NCBI RefSeq assembly: GCF_009914755.1
Contig: NC_060930.1
Direction: 5' to 3' (one strand)
Length of the DNA: 64,000 nt
Source of the DNA: the human T2T-CHM13v2.0 reference genome, Homo sapiens
Positions 43,184 through 57,116 of the stretch are shown piece after piece (within the stretch, counting starts at the first letter, position 1; each line of letters begins with the position of its first letter). The position numbers and the translations under genes were made by a program. The notes under the pieces are model-generated. The model did no database searches. It was not told where the DNA came from and saw only the letters and a list, made by a program, of their open reading frames with translations.

Positions 43184-43596
43184 TTATAGCAAGTTTTGAG
43201 AAAAGCACACACTCCTACTTTTTCCTCATGCAAGGAAATGTAACCTCTCTTTTCACAGAAATGAAATACAGTATTCTTTGCTTTCTTATTCTTTAATCCG
43301 ATCCCCTGCTCCACTTAAGATCCTTCCACCTCTGGGTTTCTCAGTCTCTAATTAACATCTAATACTGCTTGAAAAAAGAATTTAAGGCAATTACACAGAC
43401 ACATAGATAAAAGAAAACTGAACAAAGGTGAGTGAAAAATCAATGACAATCCTATACACAAGCAACTATCATGGAAACAGCATTACAATAGCAAAAGAAA
43501 ATATGCAATGCTAGGCATCAACTTACTGAGAATGGTGCAGGAACATGATGAAAACCACAAACTTTACCATGAAACCTCAGCGAGTCCAGGGATGGG

Positions 43597-44530
43597 CTAT
43601 AGCAGATACTGTTCGTTGCCTACTCAACATCTACTTTCTTCTCTTCCTTATTGGCTAAGCTTCATTTTGGTTCAAATGGTAACCAGCCCTTCCCCCACAT
43701 GACTGCCAAGAGGGTGATGGTCTCTCAATGCCAGGGATAAATCTTGAGTTGTCAGTGATTAGTTTGGGCCTGGCAGTCCTGGCCATCAGAGGAAGTGTGC
43801 TGGGCTGCTTCTGGGAAAAGTGCCCTCACTCCTAAGGATGGTCCCTTTCTGTCCCAGCACATTGCCATGTCTGGTTGTGATGGCTGAACTACAGCAGCCA
43901 CCTTGCAACCAGGAAGAGAACCAGCCTGAAGACAAAGCTGACATTGTGAGGACGGCAGGGTGGAGAGCATTGGAAAGACTTCAGGACGGTGATGACACCA
44001 CTGAGTCACTAAGTCATCCATCCCTAAAACCTGCTGTATATCTGGACTTCCTGTTATGGAATGTGGCTTCTTGCTCAACACTTTTCCTCTTCCTAAGTTC
44101 ACAGGAAGACTCCATGTTTCTGCATCCTTTGCAGTTAGGATGGGGTCATATGACTGATGACGGATTTATGCACACTGGAGCATGGGCAAAATTCATATAA
44201 GTCAATTTCCAGCCTGGTCCTTAAAAACAATCTATGTGATCCACCAGTCCTCTTCCCTTGCAGGGGTGACTTTACAAGTCATGTGTTGCTTATAAAGCGA
44301 CATATCTGAGTCACTAACTGCCCAGGAGAGTCACCAACCCCTGGCAAACTTTGTGAGACCAAGCAATAAGCTTTTACTGTATCAAGCCTCTCAGTAGTCA
44401 GGGTTTGCCTCTGCAGCTGCCAATATTTAGTTATTCTGCTAATATAGTGAGATAATATATGTGCTTAGCGTTGAAGCCAGTTTGAGTTGGGGTTTTTGTC
44501 ACCTGTACCCAAAAGCTTCCTATTTGGCAC
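43597..44530 (+). mobile_element. Old MLT1 LTRs, apparently nested (MLT1K-like interrupted at about 44060-44445 by MLT1I/J-like)
   Basis: tatagcagatactgttcgttgcctactcaaca start; cagcagccaccttgcaacca; ttgcagttaggatggggtcatatgact; aagccagtttgagttgggg end. Confidence 0.6.
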
Positions 44531-46019
44531 ACTTTCCATTCTGTTGGACCAGAAGTTTCAACAATATACAAGATTCTTCATATTAATGCCCAAACCTTGC
44601 TGACAATATCTCCCTGGCATGTAGCTATTCTGGGCTGTTGGTTTGGTGCAAGGCCATAAAAACTTTAACCACAGTATCAGGGAGAAGTGCAGCATGATTT
44701 TACGTAAATAAACCTAAGGCATCTAACAAAGATGAGTGCCTAAATGGAAGAGAGTCAGGGGCACCAAGGACATTGCCTCCAGGGAGTTAGTGCTAGGAGC
44801 TATAACTAATCATCTCTGTGTAAGATTCACATTTACTAGGACCTGACTCACAGGAAAGTGGAAGCTTTCCATCTTGGCCATCTTTGACTAAATAGGCTCT
44901 TTGAACAGTAGGACTGAAGTTTAATTTTTCCACCCATTAGTAAAGCGCTAAAATGCTATGGTGTTGAATACAGAGAAGTACCTTGTGCTGAATTCTAATT
45001 TCCAAAATAAGTACAGCATTTATGAGAATTTGAATTTGAAAAAAATGTTTCACAGTTAGAAGCAGTAGACTAGAGGTATACATAGCAATATAAATAAACC
45101 TCAAAAACATGGTACAACATGAAAAAATGTTTTAATCTATAATGCCATTTATGTACATTTAAAATATTGCACATAAAGCACTCTACATTTCACAAGGATA
45201 CATGAAAATATAATAATGCACAGCATAAACATTGGAATAGATGACTAAGGATAAGGATAAAGGGAAATAAACACAACAAGAGAGGAAACTTGCATAGAAT
45301 TATATTAACAGGTTGGAACTGGATGCAGGATAAAATCTTATCTCTATACTCAAAATCTAAGAGAAAAAAAAATTCTCAGGTTCTCCTGGTGGAAAACATA
45401 CTCAGAATATGTGACAGCTGGATAAAAGTAAAATGGAGAGAACCTTTTAAGATCATAGAAGTAATTAAACACTCTCAGAAAATATTTTAAAAGGTAGACA
45501 CTTCCCAAATTTGAAAAAACTTTTCCTAGAACAGTAAGTAGACATGGACTCTTTGTAGCTTCAGAAAAAGATTAATATTTTACACAGTTAACATGACCAA
45601 CCATTACTTAGGCCAAAAGTAAAGATGTAGGTGGATCTTGAAAGAAAATCTAATTCAGAAAGCCCAAACACACACACATTCACACACTCTCTCTCTCACA
45701 CACACACACACACATGCTAGGGCTGTTTATTTGGTATAAGATCACAGCAGTGTTTATGTAAATAAGGCTTTGCTTACAGATTATTACCTCCTTAATTGGG
45801 AAAAGAGTATCAGGAAAACAAAATGAATAAAGAAACAAGAACAAACTATATACTATTGACAAGACACATTTTAATAACATAGATGGGATAAAAGAATATG
45901 GGAAATCATATGTAAACAAGAAGGTGTATGAAAGCTACTGTGGCTTTATTAATATCAGACAAAGTAGTTTTCAAGACAGTGATTACCAGAGATAATAAGG
46001 GGCTTTTAAAAATATATAC

Positions 46020-46220
46020 ACTGGAGTCAGACCCTCTAATATTTTTAACAGCTTTGTAACTCTGGATGTATTACTTACCCTCTTTGATCCTCAGTTTCCT
46101 GATAAAAGTGGGAATTGACAGCTGTATCAGAAGGTAATTGGGATGTACAAATAAGATGATGTATGTAAAGTGCTTAGCACACTGCTTGGCATCAGATAAT
46201 ACAGAATAAATGATGTGTAT
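46020..46220 (+). mobile_element. MIR
   Basis: ctggagtcagac...ttacttaccctctttgatcctcagtttcct...gtaaagtgcttagcaca. Confidence 0.75.
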
Positions 46221-46324
46221 TTATGCTGATATCTTTTGTGATCCACTGCCCAACCTTCTCTATCCTGCTTTGAGTCCAAGGTGCGTGATATAATTAGAAC
46301 CACAGCAGTTAAACAAATATCTGA

Positions 46325-46708
<384 letters not shown>

Positions 46709-49154
46709 CCTCTTCTTTTTTTAAGACTTTATTTTAGGTTCAGGGGTCCATGTGCAGGTTTGTTATCAATAAATTGCATGTTGTGGGGGTTTGGTGTACA
46801 GATTTTCATCACCCAGGTAATAAGCATATTAGGTCATTTTTTCTCTCCTCATCCTCCTCCTACCCTCCACCCTCAAGTAGGTCCAGTGTCCATTATTCCC
46901 TTCTTTGTATCCATGTGTTCTCAATGTTTAGCTTCCACTTATAAGTTAGAACATGCAGCATTTGGTTTTCTGTTCCTACATTAGTTCGCTTAGAGTATTG
47001 ACCTCCAGCACTATCCATGTTGCTGCAAAGGACATCATCTTATTCTTTTTTTATGGTTACGTAGTATTACATGGTGTATATGTACCACATTTTCTTTATC
47101 CAATCTACCAGTGATGGAAATTTAAGTTGGTTCCATGTCTTTCCTACTGTGAATAGTGCTGCGATGAACGTGTGTGTGCATGTGTCTTTATGGTAGAATG
47201 ATTTCTATTCCTTTGGGCATATACCCAATAAGTGGATGGCTGGGTAAAATGGTAGTTCTGTTTTAAGTACTTTGAGAAATTGCCACCCTGTTTTCCACAA
47301 TGGCTGAACTAATTTACATTTCCACCAGCAGCGTATAGGCATTCCCTTTTCTCCATAACCTCGTCAACATCTGCTATTTTATAACTTTTTAATAATACCC
47401 ATTCTGACTGGTGTGAGATGGTATCTCACTGTGGTTTTAATTTGTATTTCTCTAATGATTAGTGATGTTGGGCATTTTTTCATATGCTTGTTGGTCACAT
47501 GTATGTCATCTTTTGAAAAGTGTCTGTTCATTTACTTTAGCTACTTTAAAAATTTTTTTTTCTTGTAAACTTGTTTAAGTTCCTTATAGATTCTGGATAT
47601 TAGACCTTTGTCAGATGCATACTTTACAAATACTTTCTCCCATTCTATAGGTTGTCTGTTTACTCTCTTGATAGTTTCTTTTTGTTGTGCAGAAGATCTT
47701 TAATTAGGTCCCACTTGCCGTTTTTTTGTTGCAATTGCTTTTGGCATCTTCATCATGAAATCTTTGCCAGGGACTATGTCCAGAATGGTATTTCCTAGGT
47801 TTTCCTCTAGGGTTTTATAGTTTTTACAGTTAAGTCTTTAATACATCTTGAGTTGATTTTATATATGGTGATAGGAAGTGGTCTAGTTTTAATCTTCTGC
47901 ATATGGGTAGCGATCCATCCCGAATCACTTATTGACTAGCAGGTCCTTTCCCCATTGTTTGTTTTTGTCAATTTTGTCAAAGATCAGATGGTTCTGAGTA
48001 CACAGCTTTATTTCTGGGCTCTCTATTCCATTGGTTTATGTGTCTGTTTTTGTACAAGTACCATGCTGTTTTTGTTACTGTAAGCTTGCAGTACAGTTTG
48101 AATTTTGGTAATGTGATGCCTCCAGTTTTGTTCTTTTTGCTCAGGATTGATTTGGCTATTCAGGCTCTTTTTTGGTTCCACCTGAATTTTAGAATAGTTT
48201 TTTCTAATTCTGTGAAAAATATCACTGGTAGTTTGAAAGGAATAGCATTGAATCTGTAAATTGCTTTGGGCAGTATGGCCACTTTAACAACATTGATTCT
48301 TCCTATCCACGAGCATGGAATGAATGTTTTCTCGTTTGTTTGTGTTGTCTGATTTCTTTCAGCACTGTTTTGTAATTCTCAATCTAGAAATATTTTGCCT
48401 CTCTGGTTAGCTGTATGCGTAGGTATTTTATTTTTTGTGTGGCTATTATGAATGGGATTGTGTCCTTGATTGGCTCTCAGCTTGGATGTTGTTAGTGTAA
48501 AGGAATGCAACTTATTTTTGCACAGTGATTTTGTACACTGCAACTTTGCTGAAGTTGTTTGTCAGATCTAGGAGCTTTTGGGCAGACACTATGGAATTTT
48601 CTAGGTATAAAATCATATTGTCTGACTTCCTCTCTTCCTATTTGGATGCCTTTTCTTTATTTGTCTTGCTTGACTGCTCTGCCTAGGACTTCCAGTAGTA
48701 TATTGAATATGAGTGGTGATAGTGGGCATCCTTGTCTTATTCCACAAGGGGAATGCTTCCAGCTTTTGCTCTTTCAGTATGATGCTGGCTGTGATTTTTT
48801 CACAGATAGCTCTTATTATTTTGAGGTATGTTCCTTTGATGCCTAGTTTGTTGAGGGTTTCTAACATGAAGGGGTACTGAATTTTGCATTCAATAGATGT
48901 ATCTGCATCTATTGAGATTATCATTTGGTTTTTCTTTTTAGTTCTGTTCATGTGATGAATCATATTTATTGATTTGTATATGGTGAACCAATCTCACATG
49001 CCAAGTATAAAGCCTACTTGGATCATGGTGGATTAGTTTTTTGATGTGCTGCTGAATTCAGATTGCTAGTATTTTATTGAGAATTTTTGCATCTATGTTT
49101 GTCCAGGATATTGACTTGAGGTTTTCTTTTTATGTTGTCTCTCCCAGTTTTCGT

Positions 49155-49220
49155 TATCAGGATGAAGCTGGCCTTATATCAGGATGATGCTGGCCTTATA
49201 TCAGGATGATGCTGGCCTTA
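49155..49220. repeat. 22-bp unit x3 inside L1 ORF2
   Basis: tatcaggatga(a/t)gctggcctta three times. Confidence 0.95.
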
Positions 49221-49862
49221 TAGAATGAGTTAGGGAGGGGTCCCTCCTCCTTAATTTTTTGGAATAGTTTCAGTAGGAATGGTACCAGCTCTTCTTTATA
49301 CATCTGGCAGAATTTGGTCGTGGATCCATCTGGTCCAGGGCTTTTTTGGTTGGTAGGCTTTTTACTACTGATTCAATTTTGGAACTTGTTATTGGTCTGT
49401 TCAGGGTTTCAATTTCTTCCTTGTTCAGTCTTGGGAGACTGTATGTTTCCAAGAATTTATCGTTTCTTGTAGGTTTTTTAGTTTGTCTGCATAGAGGTGT
49501 TTGTAATAGTCTTTTAAGGTTTTTTATATTTCTGTTGGGTTGATGGTAATGTCCTCTTTGTCATTTCTGATTAAGTTTATTTGGATCTGCTCTGTTTTTT
49601 GATTAGTATAATCAGTGGTCTATCCATCTTATTTATTGTTTCAAAGAACCAGCTTCTGGTTTCACTGGTCTTTTATATCATTTTCCTGTCTCAATTTCAT
49701 TCAGTTCAGTTCTTGTTTTGGTTCTTTTCTTCTGCTAGCTTTGCAGTTGGTTTGCTCTTGTTTTTCTAGTTCCTCTAGGTGCAATGTTAGGCTGTTAATT
49801 TGAGATCTTTCTAACTTTTTGATAGGGGTGTTTAGTGCTATAAACTTCCCTCTTAATACTGC

Positions 49863-49944
49863 TTTAGCTGTGTCGCAGAGATTTTGGTATATTTTATCTT
49901 TATTTTAGCTGTGTCTCAGATATTTTCGTATATTTTATCTTTAT
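49863..49944. repeat. 41-bp tandem duplication (3 mismatches)
   Basis: tttagctgtgtc(g/t)caga(g/t)atttt(g/c)gtatattttatctttat x2. Confidence 0.9.
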
Positions 49945-50668
49945 TTTCAATAGTTTCAAAAAATGTCTTGATTTCTGCCTTAATTTCATTGTTTACCCAA
50001 AAGTCATTCAGGAGCAGGTTGTTTGATTTGCATGTAGCTGTATGTTTTGAATGATCTTCTTGGGGCTGATTTCTACTTTTGTTGCGCCATGGTCCAAGAG
50101 TGTGGTTAGTGTGATTCTTGTGTTTTTAATTTGCTAAGAATTGACTTATGGCCGATTGTGTGGTCGACTTTAGAGTATGTGCCATGTGGCGATGAGAAGA
50201 ATGTATATTCTGTTGTTTTGGAGTGCAGAGTTCTGTAGATGTCTGTTGGGTCCATTTAGTCAAATACTGAGTTCAGGTCCCAAGTATCTTTGTTAGTGTT
50301 CTGCCTTGATGATTGAATACTGTTAGTGGGGTGCTGAAGTCTCCCAATATTACCGTGTGGTTATCCATGTCTCTTTGTAGGTCTCTAAGAATTTGTTCTA
50401 TGAATCTGCAAGCTCCTGTGTTGGGTACATATATTTAGGATATTTAAGTCTTCTTGTTGAATTGAACCCTTTATGATTATGTCATGCCCTTGTCTTTTTT
50501 GATCATTGTTGCTTTAAAGTCTGCTTTGTCTAAAATTAGAATGGTAACTCCTGTTTTCTTTTCCCATTTACTTGGTAGATTTTTCTTTAAACCTTTATTT
50601 TGAGCCTATGGGTAGCTCTGCATGAGATGGGTCTCTTGAAGACAGCATACAATTGTGACTTATTTCTT

Positions 50669-53600
50669 CTTCTTTTTTTAAATTATACTTTAAATTCAAG
50701 GGTACATGTGCACAACATGCAGGTTTGTTACGTGGTTATACATGTGCCATGCTGGTATGCTGCACCCATCAACTCGTCATTTACATTAGGTATTTCTCCT
50801 AACACTACCTCTCCCCCAGTCCCCCACCCTCTGACAGGCCCCGGTGTGTGATGTTCCCCTCTCTGTGTCCACGTGTTCCCATAGTTCAGCTCCCACTTAT
50901 GAGTGAGAACATGCGGTGTTTGGTTTTCTGTCCTTGTGATAGTTTGCTGAGAACGATGATTTCCAGCTTCATCCATGTACCTACAAAGGATATGAACTCA
51001 TCCTTTTTTATGGCTGCATAGTATTCCATGGTATATATGTGCCACATTTTCTTTATCCAGTCTATTATTATTATTTTTTTTAACAAAGACATTTATTTTG
51101 GAGAAAGCATTGATTGTAGATTTTGAAACTATTTTTATGATGTTTTCCCCTCTTGGTGCCAGCAAAAAATGCAACTTTTCTAAGACTTTGAAAAGTTACT
51201 AGTAAACTGCCTGACATTCCTTCTTGATATCCTTATAGGTGTAAATATTTACAGAAATGGGAATGATCCTAATCCAAATCCATAAAATTGAATAACTTTT
51301 TTTTTAACCAGACATAGAATACTATATATCCAGTCTATTATTGATGGACATCTGGGTTGGTTCCAAGTCTTTGCTATTGTAAATAGTGCTGCAATAAACA
51401 TATGTGTGCATGTGTCCTTATAGTAGAATGCTTTATAATCCTTTGGGTATATACCCACAAATGGGATTGCTGGGTCAAATGGTATTTATAGTTGTAGATC
51501 CTTGAGGAATCGCCACACTGTCTTCCACAATGGTTGCACTAATTTACACTCCCACCAACAGTGTAAAAGTGTTCCTATTTCTCCACATCCTCTCCAGCAT
51601 CTGTGGTTTCCTGGCTTTTTAATGATCGCCATTCTAACTGGCATGAGATGGTATCTCATTGTGGTTTTGACTTGCATTTCTCTGATGACCAGTGATGATG
51701 GACATTTTTTCATATGTCTGTTGGCTGCATAACTGTCTTCTTTTGAGAAGTGTCTGTTCATATCCTTTGCCCACTTTTTGATGCAGTGGTTTTTTTTTTC
51801 TTGTAAATTTGTTTAGGTTCTTTGTACATTCTGAATATTAGCCCTTTGTCAGATGGATAGATTGAAAAATTTTTCTCCCATTCTGTAGGTTGCCTATTCA
51901 CTCTGATGGTAGTTTATTTTGCTGTGCAGAAGCTGTTTAGTTTAATTAGATGCCATTTGTCAATTTTGGCTTTTGTTGCCACTGCTTTTGGTGTTTTAGT
52001 CATAAAGTCTTTGCCCATGCCTATGCACTGAAGGGTATTGCCTAGGTTTTTTTGTAGGGTTTTTATGGTTTTAGGTATTACATTCAAGTCTTTTATCCAT
52101 CTTGAGTTAATTTTTGTATAAGGTGTAAGGAAGGGATCCAGTTTCAGCTTTCTACATATGGCTAGCCTGTTTTCCCAGCACCATTTATTAAATAGGGAAT
52201 CCTTTCCCGATTTGTTTTTGTCAGGTTTGTCAAATATCAGATGGTTGTAGATGTGTGGTGTTATTTCTGAGGCCTCTGTTCTATTCCGTTGGTCTACATG
52301 TCTGTTTTGGTACCAGTAACATGCTGTTTTGGTTACTGTAGCCTTGTAGTGTAGTTTGAAGTCAGGTAGTGTGATGCCTCCAGCTTTGTTCTTTTTGCCC
52401 AGGATTGTCTTGGCTATGTGGGCTCTTTTTTGGTTCCATATGAGCTTTAAAGTAGTTTTTTTCCAATTCTGTGAAGTCAGTGATAGCTTGATAGGGATAG
52501 CATTGAATCTTTAAATTACCTTGGGCAGTATGGCCATTTTCATGATAGTGATTCTCCCTATCCATGAGCATGGAATGTTCTTCCATTTGTTTGTATCCTC
52601 TTTTATTTCATTGAGCAGTGGTTTGTAGTTCTCCTTGAAGAGGTCCTTCACATCCCTTGTAAGTTGGATTCCTAGGTATTTTATTCTCTTTGAGGCAGTT
52701 GGGAATGGGAGTTCACTCATGATTTGGCTCTCTGTTTGTCTGTTCTTGGTGGATAGGAATGCTTGTGATTTTTGTACATTGATTTTGTATCCTGATACTT
52801 TGCTGAAGTTGTTTATCAGCTTAAGGAGATTTGGAGCTGAGACGATGAGGTTTTCTACATATATAATCATGTCATCTACAAACAGACTATTTGACTTCCT
52901 CTTTTCCTAATTGAATACCATTTATTTATTTCTCTTGCCTTATTGCCCTGGCCAGAACTTCCAACACGATGTTGAATAGGAGTGGTGAGAGAGAGCATCC
53001 TTGTCTTGTGCCAGTTTTCAAAGGGAATGCTTCCAGTTTTTGCCCATTCAGTATATTGGCTGTGGGTGTGTCATAAATAACTCTTACTGTTTTGAGATAC
53101 ATTCTATCAATACCTAGTTTATTGAGAGTTTTTAGCATGAAAGGCTGTTGAATTTTGTTGAAGGCCTTTGCTGCATGTATTGAGATAATCATGTGGTTTT
53201 TGTCGTTGGTTCTGTTTATGTGATGGATTACATTTATTGATTTGCCTATGTTGAACCAGCCTTCCATCCCAGGGATGAAGTCGACTTGATCGTAGTGGAT
53301 AAGCTTTTTGATGGGCTGCTGGATTCGGTTTGCCAGTATTTTTTTTTGAAAATTTTCATATCGATGTTCATCAGGGATGTTGGCCTAAAATTATCTTTTT
53401 TTGTTGTGTCTCTGTGAGGCTTTGTTATCAGGATGATGTTGGCCTTATAAAATGAGTTAGGGAAGATTCCCTCTTTTTCTATTGATTGGAATAGTTTCAG
53501 AAGGAATGGTACTAGCTCCTCTTTGTGCCCCTGGTAGAATTTGGCTGTGAGTCTGTCTGGTCCTGGACTTTTTTTGGTTGGTTGGCTATTAATTATTGCC

Positions 53601-56600
53601 TCAATTTCAGAAGCTGTCACTGAACTATTTAGAGATTCAACTTCTTCCTGGTTTAGTCTTGGGAGGGTGTATGTGTCAAGGAATTTTTCCATTTCTTCTA
53701 GATTTTCTATTTTATTTGCGTAGAGGTGTTTATAGTATTGTCTGATGATAGTTTGTATTTCCGTGGGATCGGTGGTGATATCCCCTTTATCATTTTTTAT
53801 TGCGTCTATTTGATTCTTCTCTCTTTTCTTCCTTATTAGTCTTGCTTGTCATGTAATTATTTTGTTGCTCTTTTCAGAAAACCAGCTCCTGGGTTCATTG
53901 ATTTTTTTTAAGGGTTTTTTGTGTCTCTCTCTCCTTTAGTTCTGCTCTGATTTATTTCTTGTCTTCTGCTAGCTTTTGAATTCATTTGCTCTTGCTTCTG
54001 TAGTTCTTTTATAATTGCAATGTTAGGGTGTCGATTTTAGATCTTTCCTGTTTTCTCCTGTGGACACTTAGTGCTGTAAATTTCTCTCTACACACTGCTT
54101 TAAATGTTTCTCAGAGATTCTTGAACGTTGTATCTTTGTTCTTATTGGCTTCACAGAACATTGTTATTTATGCCTTCATTTCGTTATTTACCCAGTAGTC
54201 ATTCAGGAGCAGGTTGTTCAGTTTCCATGCAGTTGTGCAGTTTTGAGTGAGTTTCTTAATCCTGAGTTCTAATTTGATTGCATTGCGGTCTGAGAGACAG
54301 TTTGATGTAATTTCTGTTCTTTTATATTTGCTGAGCAGTGTTTTGCTTCCAATTATGTGGTCAATTTTAGAATAAGTGTGATGTGGGGCTGAGGAGAATG
54401 TATATTCTGTTGATTTGGGAAGAAGAGTTCTGTAGATGTCCATTAGTTCTGCTTGCTCTAGAGCTGAGTTCAAGTCCTGGATATCCTTGTTAACTTTCTG
54501 TCTCGTTGATCCATCTAATATTGACAGTGGGGTGTTAAAGTCTCCCATTATTATTGTGTGGGAGTCTAAGTCTCTTTGTAGACTTAGTCTCTAAGAACTT
54601 GCTTTATGAATCTGGGTGCTCCTGTATTGGGTGCATATATATTTAGGATAGTTAGCTCTTCTTGTTGAATTGATCCCTTTACCATTATGTTAACGGCCTT
54701 CTTTGTCTCTTTTGATCTTTGTTGCTTTAAAGTCTGTTTCATCAGAGACCAGGATGGCAAACCCTTTTTTTTGCTTTCCATTTGCTTGGTAGATCTTCTT
54801 CCATCACTTTATTTGAGCCTATGTGTGTCTTTGCATGTGAGATAGGTCTCCTGAATACAGTCAAGGGTCTTGTCTCTTTATCCAATTTGCCAGTCTGTGT
54901 CTTTTAATTGGGGCATTTAGCCCACTTACATTGAAGGTTAATATTGTTATGTGTGAATTTGATCCTGTCATTATGATGTTAGCTGGTTATTTTGCCCATC
55001 AATTGATGCAGTTTCTTCATAGCATCGATGGTCTTTACAATTTGTCATGTTTTTGTAGTGGCTGGTACCGGTTGTTCCTTTCCATGTTTAGTTCTTCCTT
55101 CAGGAGCTTTTGTAAGGCAGGCCTGGTGGTGACAAAATCTCTCAGCATTTGCTTGTCTGTAAAGGATTTTATTTCTCCTTCACTTATGAAGCTTAGTTTG
55201 GCTGGATATGAAATTCTGGGTTAAAAATTCTTTTCTTTAAGCATGTTGAATATCGGCCCCCTCTCTCTTCTGGCTTGTAGTGTTTCTGCTGAGAGATCTG
55301 CTGTTAGTCTGATGGGCTTCCCTTTGTGGGTAACCCGACCTTTCTCTCTGGCTGCCCTTAACATTTTTTCCTTCATTTCAACCTTGGTGAATCTGACAAT
55401 TATGTGTCTTGGGGTTGCTCTTCTCGAGGAGTATCTTTGTGGTGTTCTCTGTATTTCCTGAATTTGAATGTTGGCCTGCCTTGCTAGGTTGGGGAAGTTC
55501 TCCTGCATAATATCCTGAAGAGTGTTTTATAACCTGGTTCCATTCTCCCTGTCACTTTCAGGTACACCAATCAAACGTAGATTTGGTCTTTTCACATAGT
55601 CCCGTATTTCTTGGAGGCTTTATTCGTTTCTTTTCACTCTTTTTTCTCTAATCTTGTCTTCTTGCTTTATTTCATTAATTTGATCTTCAATCACTGATAT
55701 CCTTTCTTTCGCTTGATTGAATCAGCTATTGAAGCTTGTGTATGTTTCATAAAGTTCTTGTACTATGGTTTTAAGCTCTATCATGTCATTTATATTCTTC
55801 TCTACACTGGTTATTGTATTCTAGTTAGCCATTCATCTAGCATTTTTTCAAGGTTTTTAGCTTCCTCGCGATTGGTTAGAACATGCTCCTTTAGCTTGGA
55901 GAAGTTTGTTATTACCGACCTTCTGAAGCCTACTTCTGTCAACTCATCAAATTCATTCTCTGTCCAGTTTTGTTCCCTTGCTGGCGAGGAGTTGTGATCC
56001 TTGGAGAAGAAAGGCGTTCTGGTTTTGGAATTTTCAGCCTTTCTTCTCTGGTTTCTCCCCATCTTTGTGGTTTTATCTACCTTTGGTCTTTGATGTTGGT
56101 GACCTACGGATGGGGTTTTCGTGTGGATGTCCTTTTTGCTGATGTTGATGCTATTCCTCTTTGTTAGTTTTCCTTCTAACAGACAGTCCCCTCAGCTGCA
56201 GGTCTGTTGGAGTTTGCTGGAGTTCCACTCCAGACCGTTTGCCTCGGTATCACCAATGGAGGCTGCAGAACAGCAGATATTGCTGCCTGATCCTTCCTCT
56301 GGAAGCTTCGTCCTAGAGGGGCACCCGCCTGTATGAGATGTCTGTTGGCCCCTACTGGGAGGTATCCCCCAATCAGGCTACACAGGGGTCAGGGACCCAC
56401 TTGAGGAGGTAGTCTGTCCGTTATCAGAGCTTGAACGCCCCCGTGCTGGGAGAACCACTGCTTTCTTCAGAGCTGTCAGGCAGGGATGTTTAAGTCTGCA
56501 GAAGCTGTCTGCGGCATTTTTTTCAGATATGCCCTGCCCCCGAGGTAGAATCTACAGAGGCAGTAGGCCTTGCTGAGCTGCAGTGGGCTCCGTCCAGTTC

Positions 56601-57101
56601 AAGCTTCCCTGCTGCTTTGTTTACGCCGTGAGCATAGAACCGCTTACTCAAGCCTCAGCAATGGTGGACGCCGCTCCCCACCCACCAAGCTCCAGCATCC
56701 CAGGTCGATCTCAGACTGCTGTGCTAGCAGTGAGCAAGGCACCATGAGCGTGGGACCCACCGAGCAGGCATGGGAGGGAATCTTCCGGTCTGCCTGTTGC
56801 GAATACCGTGGGAAAAGTGCAGTATTTGAGCAGGAGTGTACTTTTCCTCTAGGTACAGTCACTCATGGCTTCCCTTGGATAGGAAAGGGAAATCCCCTGA
56901 CCCCTTGCACTTCCTCGGTGAGGGATGCCCCGCCCTGCTTCGGCTTGCCCTCCATGGGCTGCACCCACTGTCCAACCAATCCCAATGAGATGAACCAGGT
57001 ACCTCAGTTGGAAATGCAGAAATTACCTGTCTTCTGCATTGATCTTGCTGGGAGCTGTAGACCAGAACTGTTCCTATCCTGCCATTTGGAGCAACTCTCC
57101 A
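50669..57101 (-). mobile_element. Full-length inactive L1 (L1PA7-like) nested in the older L1
   Basis: 5'UTR, ORF1 (MGRNQRRKAENSK), ORF2 pieces ([30 protein letters not shown]) with stops and frameshifts, 3'UTR; TSD tgtg(a/t)cttatttctt at 50654-50668 and 57102-57116. Confidence 0.93.
51070..51326 (-). pseudogene. Retroposed polyadenylated non-L1 fragment (truncated processed pseudogene 3'UTR or orphan transduction)
   Basis: Perfect 16-bp TSD tatccagtctattatt (51054-51069 and 51327-51342); minus-strand AATAAA at 51092-51097 and short A tail at 51070-51081. Confidence 0.8.
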
Positions 57102-57116
57102 TGTGTCTTATTTCTT

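Larger units (their letters stand above)
46712..50653 (-). mobile_element. Older primate L1 (L1PA15/16-like), 3' part (3'UTR and ORF2)
   Basis: gggggtttggtgtacagat...cacccaggtaataagcata 3'UTR; ORF2 remnants [22 protein letters not shown] and [16 protein letters not shown]. Confidence 0.85.

Noticed and set aside
49155-49220. CRISPR-like repeat array
   Set aside because: Direct tandem units without spacers, inside primate L1 DNA.
50886-56062. L1 ORF1/ORF2 (endonuclease and reverse transcriptase) as an active retroelement or novel RT system
   Set aside because: Standard L1 sequence fragmented by many stops, frameshifts and an insertion; not retrotransposition-competent.
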